DNA of 63,996 nt, counting the filler, from an uncultured Myxococcia bacterium (GTDB taxonomy: Bacteria; CAZTWC01): NCBI GenBank assembly GCA_964617105.1. It is 4 parts of 4 records of this genome, joined end to end, with 100 filler letters (N's around TTAATTAATTAA, not from the genome) between each part and the next. Parts side by side here need not be neighbours in the genome. Positions count along the whole stretch, not along the records: positions 18,972 to 37,832 come from CAZTWC010000042.1; positions 37,933 to 56,786 come from CAZTWC010000043.1; 2 more parts are not named here. One strand, given 5' to 3'. Under the pieces are notes generated by a model. That model saw nothing but the letters and a program-made list of their open reading frames with translations. It was not told where the DNA came from and made no database searches. The position numbers and the translations under genes are program-made. This document shows positions 30,156 to 41,504 of the stretch, one piece after another. How positions within the stretch are numbered: the stretch's first letter is position 1; every line of letters begins with the position of its first letter.

Positions 30156-30729
30156 TTATATGATCATCCCAAATAGGAATCCAACCAGTGTAGACATTAC
30201 AACCGTTAATACACAGAATACAAAGGTTTTTTGGGTGCCAAAAACCTTATAGATGACTAAAATACTTGGCAGTGATAATGCTGGTCCTGCAAGTAGTAGT
30301 GATAATGCCGGACCTTTGCCCATTCCCAGGCGCATTAACATCTCTACTATTGGTATTTCAGTTAGTGTTGCAAAGTACCAGATCATCCCAACAAATGAGG
30401 CCAAGAAATTTGATATTATGCTATTGCCGCCGACAACAGTAGCAACCGTTTGCTCTGGGATAAGCCCCGGACGCAACTGAATAAGCCAATATTCGGTTGG
30501 AATGCGGACCAAGATAGCGCATTACTGAAGACTTGGACATAAATGTCGAAATAGCACCAGCAATGAACATAGCCGATACGACGCAGGCTAATGTGTGGTG
30601 GATTGCGTACCATTGCAGTAAACGAAAGGCCTCAAGAATGGCATTTTGGACTTTTGCGCTTCCTAACGGCAGAGAGTATGCCATAAGGAAAATTCCAACC
30701 AACCAGGCAAATTTCTTCCATTCTTTCAA
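30156..30729 (-). pseudogene. arsP: ArsP (DUF318) permease with a large internal deletion and frameshift
   Basis: N-terminal piece (MKEWKK...MFIAGAI...YLGPHSNRILAYSVAS) joins out of frame near 30470 to a C-terminal piece (GLIP...YFATLTEIPI...GMGKGPALSLLLAGPALSLP); about 190 codons in total, central CSC motif missing. Confidence 0.8.
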
Positions 30730-30780
30730 TTACTTATTTCCTGATAATATGCGAAAAAAAGTTTTAAACGTTTTTGTAAT

Positions 30781-31848
30781 TCACTCGTTCTTATTTGTAT
30801 TTGAAAAGTATTTACCTCCCAGCCACAAAGCCACATTTACCAATCCGATTAAAACCGGCACCTCAACTAAAGGTCCAATTACAGCAGCAAAGGCTGCGCC
30901 ATGATGTATTCCAAAAGTGACCACTGTCACAGCAATGGCTAGTTCAAAATTGTTTGATGCTGCTGTAAAGGAGAGAGTTGTTGCCTGACCATAGGACGCA
31001 CCTATTTTCTTACTCATAAAAAAAGAGATGAAGAACATTAAAACAAAATAAACTAGAAGCGGGATGGCTATACGAATAACATCAAAAGGAAGTTGAACAA
31101 TTGTTTCGCCCTTAAGGGAAAACATTACAACAATGGTAAAAAGTAAGGCAATAAGTGTAATTGGACTTATTTTAGGGATGAATCTAGTATGGTACCATTC
31201 TTTATTTTTTAATTTTATGAGCGAAAACCGGGTGACGATACCGGCGATAAAGGGAATTCCTAGATAAATAAATACACTTTTGGCGATTTGGCTAATGGTA
31301 ATATTAACAGAAATACCTGTTAGCCCAAACAATGGGGGCAATACTGTTATAAAGATATAAGCATAAACAGAAAAAAACAATACCTGAAAGATAGAATTGA
31401 AAGCCACCAGGCCAGCACAGTATTCTGTATCACCTTTAGCCAAATCATTCCAAACAATGACCATGGCAATACAACGGGCCAATCCGATCATTATAAGGCC
31501 TACCATATATTCTGGCCTGTCTTTTAGAAACAGCAAAGCCAGCACAAACATCAGAATAGGTCCAACTATCCAATTTTGTACCAATGACAGACTCAATACT
31601 TTGAAATTTTTAAAAACAGGACCCATTTCTTCATATTTAACTTTTGCTAGAGGAGGATACATCATCAGTATCAATCCAAAGGCAATGGGTATGGATGTAG
31701 TTCCTATACTAAATTTATTAAAAAATGGCACTATTCCTGGAAATAAATATCCTCCTCCTACACCAAGTGCCATTGCTAAAAATATCCAAAGGGTAAGATA
31801 ACGATCAAGAAATGATAGTTTACTAATAATTCCTTTTGATTGCTTCAT
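30781..31848 (-). CDS. acr3: Acr3 arsenite efflux permease
   Basis: [44 protein letters not shown]. Confidence 0.96.
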   Translation of the reverse strand: MKQSKGIISKLSFLDRYLTLWIFLAMALGVGGGYLFPGIVPFFNKFSIGTTSIPIAFGLILMMYPPLAKVKYEEMGPVFKNFKVLSLSLVQNWIVGPILMFVLALLFLKDRPEYMVGLIMIGLARCIAMVIVWNDLAKGDTEYCAGLVAFNSIFQVLFFSVYAYIFITVLPPLFGLTGISVNITISQIAKSVFIYLGIPFIAGIVTRFSLIKLKNKEWYHTRFIPKISPITLIALLFTIVVMFSLKGETIVQLPFDVIRIAIPLLVYFVLMFFISFFMSKKIGASYGQATTLSFTAASNNFELAIAVTVVTFGIHHGAAFAAVIGPLVEVPVLIGLVNVALWLGGKYFSNTNKNE

Positions 31849-31878
31849 TTAGTAGTTCTCCCATTTCGAACATCACTC

Positions 31879-31904
31879 ATTGGCTGATTGCCAAAATAGC
31901 CAAT
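31879..31904. promoter_or_regulatory. Candidate ArsR operator upstream of acr3
   Basis: Inverted repeat ATTGGCT-N12-AGCCAAT; a related sequence lies at 32242-32266 upstream of arsR. Confidence 0.55.
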
Positions 31905-31926
31905 TACTTATTGAAAAAAATATAAT

Positions 31927-32229
31927 TTATGAATGTTTTAAAACTTTGTTAGTACATGTAAACATATCCAAAACACATGGTGTAAGCAAACGATAGTTGA
32001 CGATGTTGCCTTCTTTACGATTATCCACAATACCTACAGAAAGCAAAACTGAGAGGTGCTTTGATACCGTAGACATATCCAATTTAACAGTTTTGGCTAA
32101 TTCACCTACTGAGCATTCACAATCACGAAGGCAGTCCACGATCATTAAACGAGCCTCGTTTGCCAGGGCTTTATGAATACGTGCCTGTTGTTTGTAATCT
32201 TCACGATTTTTGTTAATTTTGCATTTCAT
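31927..32229 (-). CDS. arsR: ArsR/SmtB-family repressor
   Basis: KALANEARL, ECSVGEL, STVSKHLSVL, YRLLTPCVLDMFTC; ATG 32229 preferred. Confidence 0.9.
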   Translation of the reverse strand: MKCKINKNREDYKQQARIHKALANEARLMIVDCLRDCECSVGELAKTVKLDMSTVSKHLSVLLSVGIVDNRKEGNIVNYRLLTPCVLDMFTCTNKVLKHS

Positions 32230-32518
32230 TAAAATTAGAATATGGCAATTTGGCAAAATTAACAAGTGCTTTAATTATCTTTTTTTGTCAGTAAGGGAAT
32301 ATTCCTATTTTAAAGTCACGGGGGCTGATTTATGTTGAGAAGAAAGCCGAGTGAACAAATCCACAGTTCAAAGTTTTGCGGTCATTTACCTGGGGAGATA
32401 AAATATCTGGGGCCTTAAATGACCAGAAAATGGATTGCTAAAAGTTGATATATAAAGCGACCTATGTTAATTTTTAAGTGATTTAAAAATCTACTTATAG
32501 CCGCAATGGATCATTACC

Positions 32519-32704
32519 ATGAAAAAAAAACCAGACCAAACAAGATCTGTCCACAGCAAGGCGCTAATAAATGTTTACGAAAATATGCCCCAGGATTATG
32601 ATGGAACCTGTTTGCGTCCCCTTGGACTTTGTGAATTAGGCGGATGTTGTGATGTCTGTATCTATAATCCCGAAAATCGCAAACATAAATCAAGTCAATA
32701 TTGA
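32519..32704 (+). CDS. Small Cys-rich protein (61 aa)
   Basis: ATG ORF with CLRPLGLCELGGCCDVC in otherwise AT-rich DNA. Confidence 0.5.
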   Translation: MKKKPDQTRSVHSKALINVYENMPQDYDGTCLRPLGLCELGGCCDVCIYNPENRKHKSSQY

Positions 32705-33089
32705 CCTTCAATTACAGGTGATTACTTCAAAAAAATATGTGGCAAGTATTTATTATAATACTGTTCTGGGGAAATATAAAATCATGGCCCAAGCAATATA
32801 CTATAATTCAACCGACTGTACAGGTAATGCCTATTTGTTTGATACGGCATTTCAACGAAACGTTTACCGCGATTATTCAGGATCTATCTTCTATGTGAAT
32901 AGTATACCAATAACCGGCTTATCCGGAGAAACCTCGTATAAAAATTCCAATAATAATTGTCAGCCTGGCTCTCATTTTAGTCCCAATTTTTATTATAGTC
33001 CTGTAACCAAAGATGCAAATGGCGATATTACCGGCTTTCCAAGTGATGGTCTTTTTAATGGTTCAATTACAGTTGATATTGCCAAGTAA
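32649..33089 (+). CDS. Hypothetical protein or 3' fragment of a secreted beta-rich protein
   Basis: YYNSTDCTGNAY..., N/S/T/Y-rich; no convincing start or signal peptide. Confidence 0.4.
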   Translation: MMSVSIIPKIANINQVNIDLQLQVITSKKYVASIYYNTVLGKYKIMAQAIYYNSTDCTGNAYLFDTAFQRNVYRDYSGSIFYVNSIPITGLSGETSYKNSNNNCQPGSHFSPNFYYSPVTKDANGDITGFPSDGLFNGSITVDIAK

Positions 33090-33115
33090 ATAGCCAATAA
33101 CCATAGGAGGTCATT

Positions 33116-33907
33116 TTGAGCATACTAAGTAAAAAGACAAAAATTGTTGTGCTCATCGCTCTGGTCACTTTTATTATCAGTATATTTCTTATCCCTGGCG
33201 GCAATGTCCAGGCAAATGAGCGGCTGGGATATCTCAGTTTTCAATCCAGTGCCCTACCCAAAGATGAACGGCAGGAGATGGAGCAAATGATAGAGCAGCG
33301 GTTGCAAAAAATTACAGGATTTGAATTTTTTACTCCTGCTGCAGTGAAAAAATATTTAGGGGAAGATTATGCGGCCGCTATTCAATACTGCACCTTTAAT
33401 CCTGAATGTATAAAGGGCCAATGCCGTGATAAACAGATGGATATCCTGGTTATCAACTCCACTGAGAAATACGGCCGCCAATATACCATTAACATTGTGG
33501 TAGCGTTTTTAAAGGGGCAGTACGGTGAAACCGTAACCCTACGGAAAAAAGTTGCCGGTCCCTTTGATAATTTTAAAACGGAATTTGCCCAATCATTACA
33601 ACGGCTGGAAAATATAGTCCTATCCTCATCTAAACACGCTCGTCCTATCTCATCGGCAATAGCGCCCACAATCGCTGAAATGACGCCACTACTCCCGCCA
33701 ATCTCACCTCAAGTAAGTGAAACTATGGCTGTTACTGCCGGAGAACCTTTGCCCTGGTATTCAAACTGGTGGGTCTGGACCGCCACTGGTGCAGTGGTGG
33801 CCGGCGGAGTTGGCTCCTACCTGGTGCTAAAAGATAGCAGCCCCCAGAAAAAAACCACTTCCTTCCAGTTAAATTTTGCCATCCCCTCCCATCTTTTACA
33901 GAAATAG
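33116..33907 (+). CDS. Exported protein with myxobacterial-type C-terminal PWY..WWVW..GAVVAGG membrane motif
   Basis: AGGAGG RBS with TTG start, signal peptide, C..PEC motif, PWYSNWWVWTATGAVVAGG. Confidence 0.65.
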   Translation: MSILSKKTKIVVLIALVTFIISIFLIPGGNVQANERLGYLSFQSSALPKDERQEMEQMIEQRLQKITGFEFFTPAAVKKYLGEDYAAAIQYCTFNPECIKGQCRDKQMDILVINSTEKYGRQYTINIVVAFLKGQYGETVTLRKKVAGPFDNFKTEFAQSLQRLENIVLSSSKHARPISSAIAPTIAEMTPLLPPISPQVSETMAVTAGEPLPWYSNWWVWTATGAVVAGGVGSYLVLKDSSPQKKTTSFQLNFAIPSHLLQK

Positions 33908-33915
33908 AGACCAAG

Positions 33916-34428
33916 ATGCAAAGATCGGCCAAACTGTTTTTCGCTTTTTTATGGTTGTTGATTGTAGCCAACTTTTGGGCTGGCTGTAACGATGTCCAGG
34001 TTGACTCCCACCTGAGTTCTTTTCACCTTAAAGTGGGCTTAAATCAAACCGGATTAATCCCGGCAGATAAAATATATTGCCGTCTTCTAGTCATTCGCCA
34101 GGATGACCTGGAAACCATATTTAATCAAAATGTGCTGTTAAAATCGGACGGAATGGCCTCTTTTGCCGCCACCAATATCGAGGAGGGGACCTATAATTTC
34201 ATTATCACTCTCTTTTCCATGATGACCAAGGGCTTACCTGAACAAGAATTGCTCCTGTTAAAGGTGGAAAAGGTGGTGAACTTGACCCAAAATAACAACC
34301 AGATAACTCTGGCGGAAGAGGATTTTCCCCAGAACCTGCCCGATGATGATGACGATGGGTATAGCAACCTGGCGGAAGTGGTAAAAGGTAGTGACCCCTT
34401 AAATCAACAGGATATCCCACCAAAATAG
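33916..34428 (+). CDS. Lipoprotein with C-terminal Ca-binding (thrombospondin type 3-like) motif
   Basis: Lipobox WAGC; DDDDDGYSNLAEVVKGSDP. Confidence 0.7.
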   Translation: MQRSAKLFFAFLWLLIVANFWAGCNDVQVDSHLSSFHLKVGLNQTGLIPADKIYCRLLVIRQDDLETIFNQNVLLKSDGMASFAATNIEEGTYNFIITLFSMMTKGLPEQELLLLKVEKVVNLTQNNNQITLAEEDFPQNLPDDDDDGYSNLAEVVKGSDPLNQQDIPPK

Positions 34429-34441
34429 GTGGCTGGCAGTT

Positions 34442-35296
34442 ATGCAAAACAGAATCTTAATTTTCACCTTTTCTTTGGCCATGTGGGTAGTTTTGAATCT
34501 AATGGTCGGCAAAAGCGGTCTGGCCTACGTCTTAACCAGGGTATCTTCTGCCAGTAATACCAACCTTTACTGGTCTATAAAAGATCTCTCCTTCCAAATC
34601 GGCCCTACCAATTTTGCCAAAATAGAAGATCATAAATCTGTCAAGATTATTCAAGATTCATTTGAAACCTGGCAAAACATCCCATGTGCAAACTTATCTC
34701 TTACCTATCAGGGCCGCAGTACAAAAAAATATGCTGACGGTGATAATCAAAATACCGTCTCCAATATTAGTAATGGTTGGCCATATCAGGCGGCGGCCCT
34801 GGCCATGACCACTGCTTCGTTCAATCCCTCCAACGGCGAAATTTGGGATGTAGATATCGAGTTAAACTCCCAGCACTTCAGTTTTGCCCACCACCAAACT
34901 GGCACAAATTGCCAGGGAGGCTACGACCTGCAAAATACCGTAACCCATGAGATCGGTCATTTTTTAGGCCTTGATCATGTACCTATAACCGATGCCACTA
35001 TGTACAGTGGAGCCATCGCTTGCGAGACCAAAAAACGGGACCTGCATCAGGATGATATAGATGGTATATGTGCAATCTATGACCAAGAGAATCCTGGTTC
35101 CATACCCTGTCAAGATGGGGTAACTTTCGTGCAAATCGGCCAAACAGATAGCAATCACAACACTCATATTGGCCTTGGCGGGTGCCAATTTTTTCCAACA
35201 ACTGCTAAAGGCAAAATCCCGGTGGTCAATATTATACTGCTTTTACCTTTGGGATTATTGTGGTTGCTGCTCAGAAAAAGGAGATCTGGTAATTAA
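34442..35296 (+). CDS. Matrixin (M10) zinc metalloprotease with MYXO-CTERM-like tail
   Basis: DVDIELN, HEIGHFLGLDH, Met-turn ATMY; C-terminal GGC...hydrophobic helix-RKRR. Confidence 0.88.
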   Translation: MQNRILIFTFSLAMWVVLNLMVGKSGLAYVLTRVSSASNTNLYWSIKDLSFQIGPTNFAKIEDHKSVKIIQDSFETWQNIPCANLSLTYQGRSTKKYADGDNQNTVSNISNGWPYQAAALAMTTASFNPSNGEIWDVDIELNSQHFSFAHHQTGTNCQGGYDLQNTVTHEIGHFLGLDHVPITDATMYSGAIACETKKRDLHQDDIDGICAIYDQENPGSIPCQDGVTFVQIGQTDSNHNTHIGLGGCQFFPTTAKGKIPVVNIILLLPLGLLWLLLRKRRSGN

Positions 35297-37073
35297 AAAT
35301 CGTCACCTAACGCCTCTACTATTATTGGGCCTGGCCAGTATTATTTTTTGCCTTCCCCTTTTTGTCAATTGGGGATTTTGGGGTATTAACGACTGGGACT
35401 ATTATCTTTTTAATTATGCGGTGGCCCGAAAAACCCTGCTCAATCATCTCCAATTTCCCCTCTGGAACCCCTATTATTGCGGCGGCAATCCCTTGCTGGC
35501 TAATCCCCAAAGTTTTTTTCTCTCCCCCTTTTTCCTGGTGCTACTCTTTTTTGGTGAATTACTGGGAGTAAAACTGTTGGTGTTGCTTCATATGTTTGTC
35601 GGTATGGCTGGTGCTTATTTTCTGGGCCGCCAGTATGGCGCCAGAGGGCCAGCGGCCTTTTTCCCTTCCCTGATATTTATGATGTCAGCGGTTTACCCTT
35701 TACACATTGGCACTGGTCACCCCATCTGGTTTGCCCAGGCCTTTATCCCCTATGTTTTTATTTTTCTGAATTTATCCCGGCAAAAATCTTTCCATATCTT
35801 TTGGGCGGCTGGTTCTTTAGCCCTGATTTTTTTTACCGGCAATATCTACTATTTCATTTTTACGGTTTTAGGCGCCACCCTGTGGTGCCTTTTAGAGGCT
35901 TTGGGAAAAAATTGGCTTCCTGCCCTGGTAAAACTGGCAGTTTTGGGACTTATCACCTTTATTTTTACTGCAGTTAAACTGATACCCATGATCGAAATGG
36001 TGCTAGCCTACGGTAAACCGGTCAGCGACAGCTCATCTCCGGGTTTCGAAGTTCTTTACAAGGCTCTCTTCAGCCGAGCCCAAGATTTACGCTCCCACCA
36101 GTTGACCGGTCAAAAATGGCGTTGGTGGGAATATGGAGCCTACATCGGCCCCCTCCCTTTTGTGATAATAATCGGGGGCTTGCTCCTTAATTTACGGCGA
36201 TTGTGGAAAGAAGCAATAATATTTATTTTCTTCTTGTTGATCACCCTGGGATCAGGGTTCTATTTCTGGCCCTTACTTAAATCGATGCCGCTTTTGGAAA
36301 ATCTCCGCTCACCCTACCGGATGTCGATATATTGCTTATTGATAGGGGGCATATTCGGCGCTCTTTTATTGACCAAAATTGGCAGTTACGGTCAAAAAAA
36401 AGGGAATAAAGTTATCCCAATTCTTTTACCCCTGCTGACGGCTTTTATTTTTGTGGACCTCTTGATGGTCAATCAGGTATCCCTTACCAGGGCTTTTACC
36501 ATTGCCCCACCATCACCAGAGGACAAAGCGGGTCAGAACTTTATTCAAGTACGCCAGAAGAAACGGTTTAAAACTTTTTACCAGTATAGTCACATGTACG
36601 ACAACTTTTTGCTAAACCGAGGCTCAGTAAATTGCTACGAAAGACTAAAATTACCAATAAAGGCGATACCAGCTAAAAACTGGAACAACCGCTTATACAA
36701 AAATTATCGCGGAGAATACTATTTCTCCAACTGTAATGATGGAAGTTTTATGGCTAAAGTGGATGGCAATGAGGTGCAGCAATTGCTATTTAGCCCCAAC
36801 CGGCAAATATTTAAAGTAGAAAAACTTACCCAGCCCCTCTGTCTGCTAATTAACCAAAATTATCATCAGGGCTGGAAAGCAACTATAGACAACAGCAGCC
36901 TGGAGGGGATAAAAGTAGAATCTAAAAAGGGCTTAATCATGGCCCACCTGCCAGCCGGCTCCTACAAATTGGAACTATACTACCGGCCCCTGAGTTTTAT
37001 CATAGGCCTGATAATCACAATAATGGGATTACTATTTATAGTAGTCTATAAGTTTCTTCGGAGAAAGAATTAA
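35286..37073 (+). CDS. YfhO-like GT-C membrane glycosyltransferase (start uncertain)
   Basis: FPLWNPYYCGGNPLLANPQ, many TM helices, LRSPYR, NQNYHQGWKA, LELYYRP. Confidence 0.75.
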   Translation: MVIKNRHLTPLLLLGLASIIFCLPLFVNWGFWGINDWDYYLFNYAVARKTLLNHLQFPLWNPYYCGGNPLLANPQSFFLSPFFLVLLFFGELLGVKLLVLLHMFVGMAGAYFLGRQYGARGPAAFFPSLIFMMSAVYPLHIGTGHPIWFAQAFIPYVFIFLNLSRQKSFHIFWAAGSLALIFFTGNIYYFIFTVLGATLWCLLEALGKNWLPALVKLAVLGLITFIFTAVKLIPMIEMVLAYGKPVSDSSSPGFEVLYKALFSRAQDLRSHQLTGQKWRWWEYGAYIGPLPFVIIIGGLLLNLRRLWKEAIIFIFFLLITLGSGFYFWPLLKSMPLLENLRSPYRMSIYCLLIGGIFGALLLTKIGSYGQKKGNKVIPILLPLLTAFIFVDLLMVNQVSLTRAFTIAPPSPEDKAGQNFIQVRQKKRFKTFYQYSHMYDNFLLNRGSVNCYERLKLPIKAIPAKNWNNRLYKNYRGEYYFSNCNDGSFMAKVDGNEVQQLLFSPNRQIFKVEKLTQPLCLLINQNYHQGWKATIDNSSLEGIKVESKKGLIMAHLPAGSYKLELYYRPLSFIIGLIITIMGLLFIVVYKFLRRKN

Positions 37074-37161
37074 TTCTGGATGCGGCAGTCGTATGAATAA
37101 TACGCCGAGGACAATTTTATTCCCTGCAACAACGCTGGTGAAGATGCATCCGAATTCTTCC

Positions 37162-37832
37162 CTATTGTTTGCCTCTTAGGGCGAAAACTACACTAGCACA
37201 AATAGGTCCACCAATATTAAAAGTCACGGCATGGTCAATATTTTTCACCTGTAATGCTTCTGGCACATCACCCACTATTTGGTTGTAAGACCATCCTACC
37301 ATAGCTACTCCAGTGGCGCCAACGGGATGACCTTTGGCAATAAGTCCGCCAGAGGTATTAATTGGACATTCCCCACCTACAGAGGCTTTGCCCTCAACAA
37401 AATATTTAGCGCCCTGGCCATAGGAGGCTTTACCTATTATTTCAGCGGACATGGCTCCCATAACGCTGAAACAATCATGGACTTCAGCAACTGATATATT
37501 ATCCGGCCCAATACCCGCCATCTTGTAAGCGGCATCTATTGCTCCGTAAGCCCCGGTAGGTTTAAGGGTATCGGTACGGTTAGCACTGTTGAGAGGATCT
37601 GTCCTCTGGCTAAAACCACCAATTTCCACTATCCGGTCGGGACTTACCGATAATTTCTTGAGCCCCTTTTCATTGCAGAGAAGAACTGCGGCATAGCCAT
37701 CAGATACCTGTGAGCATTCAAAGGTCTTTAAGGGTAAATCCGGGACAATATAACGGTTTATTCCTTCGATTTTCATTACCGCATCATGACTGAGTTTCAC
37801 TTTGTTCATCTGGGCCAGGGGATTCTGGTTGG
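37162..37832 (-). CDS. Thiolase-family (SCP2-type) protein, C-terminal part (5' truncated)
   Basis: CSQVSDG, AEVHDCF, NTSGGLIAKGHPVGATG, NIGG; frame open to the contig end. Confidence 0.9.
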
Positions 37833-37932
37833 NNNNNNNNNNNNNNNNNNNNNNNNNNNNNNNNNNNNNNNNNNNNTTAATTAATTAANNNNNNNNNNNN
37901 NNNNNNNNNNNNNNNNNNNNNNNNNNNNNNNN
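37833..37932. other. Artificial contig linker N44-TTAATTAATTAA-N44
   Basis: Identical to the linker at 18872. Confidence 0.98.
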
Positions 37933-38018
37933 AATCCGGTATTGAAATCCCGGGAATTCTTTTTGTTATTAAAATTGTGCACTTTTCCATTGACTAAAAG
38001 CTCATTACATAATAATAG

Positions 38019-39344
<1,326 letters not shown>

Positions 39345-39372
39345 TGTACTTTACCTTGAAGTATCTTGAATT

Positions 39373-41481
39373 ATGACTGACTTTCTTTACCAGTTTCTGG
39401 TTAAAATCATCGCTTCCTCTGGATTAGACGGAGCCTGTCAGGTATTCTTGCAAGAAAGCAGCCGCTATTTTGGCTGTGAACAGGGTATTTTCACCTTTGC
39501 CAACCCGGCAAAAAAGATAATTGAAATCAAGGCCATTGTCGGGTTGGAACCCAATAACCATTGGACAGAGTCTGATACAGAGTCTTTCTTTGAAAAGCCT
39601 ATAACTAACCTGGTGCTTCAAAAGGACAGGCCTCAATTCCTGGATCACCTTTCTCTCCAGAAACAAACCGAACCGGGAGAAACATTCTACTTTCCTGACA
39701 GTAAATCTCTACTCTCTTATCGGGAGCATCTAGATATAGGTGACGAGATTATTGTTATTTTGGAATCTAAACAGGCCCAAAAACCATCTGCTGATATCGA
39801 CCTGCTCAGGTTGATGGTAAAAAATGTCATCAACCTGCTCAAAAGCCGCAAACGCAGTGAAAAAAGAGCCAAGGAACTTTCCTGGGTTTGGGATGTAAAA
39901 CGGGAAGTATCCGCCTTTGATGAAGATTTGGATATTTCTGAAATGAGCGGACTTTTGGGAAAAATTCTCCGGTTGGCCCTCTCCCGTACGAACACCAAAA
40001 ACGGGGCGATTTTAATGGTGGACGAAGAGACCAGTGATCTACTCATCTACCAGGAGGCCATAAAAGGGAGCGTGATATCAAAAAATGGGATCACCACCCG
40101 CAGATTTTACCGGCGTAAAGACCGGCCATCGGGACTCTGTTACTGGATTTTTGATAATAATAAAGCCTATATGACCCTTGATGCCACTAAAGACCCCAAT
40201 TACGTGCCTCTGTTTAAAGAGATTAAATCATCCCTGGGTGTTCCAATCTCCTTTCAGGACAGATGCATCGGGGTTATAATAGTGGAATCGGTGAGGAGAA
40301 ACGCTTTTGTGGAAGCTGACCGTCACCTGCTTCTGGATTTAGCTCAAAATGTAACCATGTTTGTTCGCCGGGCTCAACTTTACGAGGAGACTAAAAAGAA
40401 GGGGGTGCAACCCATTTTGATCAGGGGGCTCTCTCAGGAGTGGCAAGAGGTGGAGCGGAGGGTAGAAAAATCGGCAGCCACCAACGCTACCGTTATGCTT
40501 AGAGGCGAGAGCGGCACCGGCAAAGAACTGGTGGCTCACTCCACCCATTTTAATAGTCCCAGGAAACACAACCCTTTTGTGGTGGTCAATTGCGCCGCTA
40601 TACCGGAGCAATTACTGGAAAGCACCTTCTTCGGTCACGTCAAGGGCGCCTTTACCGGCGCCACTTACGACCGGATCGGTGAATTTGAAAAAGCGGAGAA
40701 GGGAACCATTTTTTTAGATGAAATCGGTGATCTCTCGCTGCCCTTACAAGTAAAATTGCTCCGGGTACTCCAGACTGGTGAAATAATGAAAATCGGCAGT
40801 AATGAATTATCCCAGGTGGTGGATGTAAGGGTTATTGCTGCAACCAGCAGAAACCTGGAAGATATGATTAAAAAAGGATCTTTCCGAGAAGACCTTTACT
40901 ACCGTCTCCATGTGGTGCCCATATTCCTACCGCCTTTGCGCAGTTACCGCGATTCCATCCCCGGTATGATCAAGTCCTTTATTGAACAAAGCAACCGGGA
41001 ATATGGTAAAAAGATAATCGATATCTCCTCCGACTCCTTAAACGCCTTGATCAACTACGATTTTCCCGGCAATGTTAGGGAGTTGAAAAATATTATCGAG
41101 CAGGCGGTTATCCTGGAAGATAATGAAAAGATTCAAATAAATATCCTACCCCAGCATATCTCTGCCCCTATAAAAGAAGCGCTGAAAAAATCGGGGCTAG
41201 ATACTATAGATAATGACAATTTAGCTTCCAATACTGGGAAGTCAGATATTTTAAACCATATAGATATTTTTCAGGATGATTACAAGTCGCTGCGGCAACA
41301 TTATCTGCAAAATTTTGAACGGCAATATTTGGAACAACTTCTGGCTGAGTATGATGGGAACATGGCCAAAGCAGCAGCCATGGCCGGCATAAACCGGGTC
41401 AACTTATACAAACTGGCTAAAAAACATAACCTGAATCCAGACAATTTTAGGAAGGAACATGGCCAGGAAAATAGCCCGTAA
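39373..41481 (+). CDS. GAF-domain sigma54-dependent transcriptional activator (bEBP, Fis-type HTH)
   Basis: GAF (DATKDPNY...SLGVPI), [37 protein letters not shown]-terminal HTH. Confidence 0.95.
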   Translation: MTDFLYQFLVKIIASSGLDGACQVFLQESSRYFGCEQGIFTFANPAKKIIEIKAIVGLEPNNHWTESDTESFFEKPITNLVLQKDRPQFLDHLSLQKQTEPGETFYFPDSKSLLSYREHLDIGDEIIVILESKQAQKPSADIDLLRLMVKNVINLLKSRKRSEKRAKELSWVWDVKREVSAFDEDLDISEMSGLLGKILRLALSRTNTKNGAILMVDEETSDLLIYQEAIKGSVISKNGITTRRFYRRKDRPSGLCYWIFDNNKAYMTLDATKDPNYVPLFKEIKSSLGVPISFQDRCIGVIIVESVRRNAFVEADRHLLLDLAQNVTMFVRRAQLYEETKKKGVQPILIRGLSQEWQEVERRVEKSAATNATVMLRGESGTGKELVAHSTHFNSPRKHNPFVVVNCAAIPEQLLESTFFGHVKGAFTGATYDRIGEFEKAEKGTIFLDEIGDLSLPLQVKLLRVLQTGEIMKIGSNELSQVVDVRVIAATSRNLEDMIKKGSFREDLYYRLHVVPIFLPPLRSYRDSIPGMIKSFIEQSNREYGKKIIDISSDSLNALINYDFPGNVRELKNIIEQAVILEDNEKIQINILPQHISAPIKEALKKSGLDTIDNDNLASNTGKSDILNHIDIFQDDYKSLRQHYLQNFERQYLEQLLAEYDGNMAKAAAMAGINRVNLYKLAKKHNLNPDNFRKEHGQENSP

Positions 41482-41504
41482 GTAAGCCTGAGGTATGACT
41501 AATA

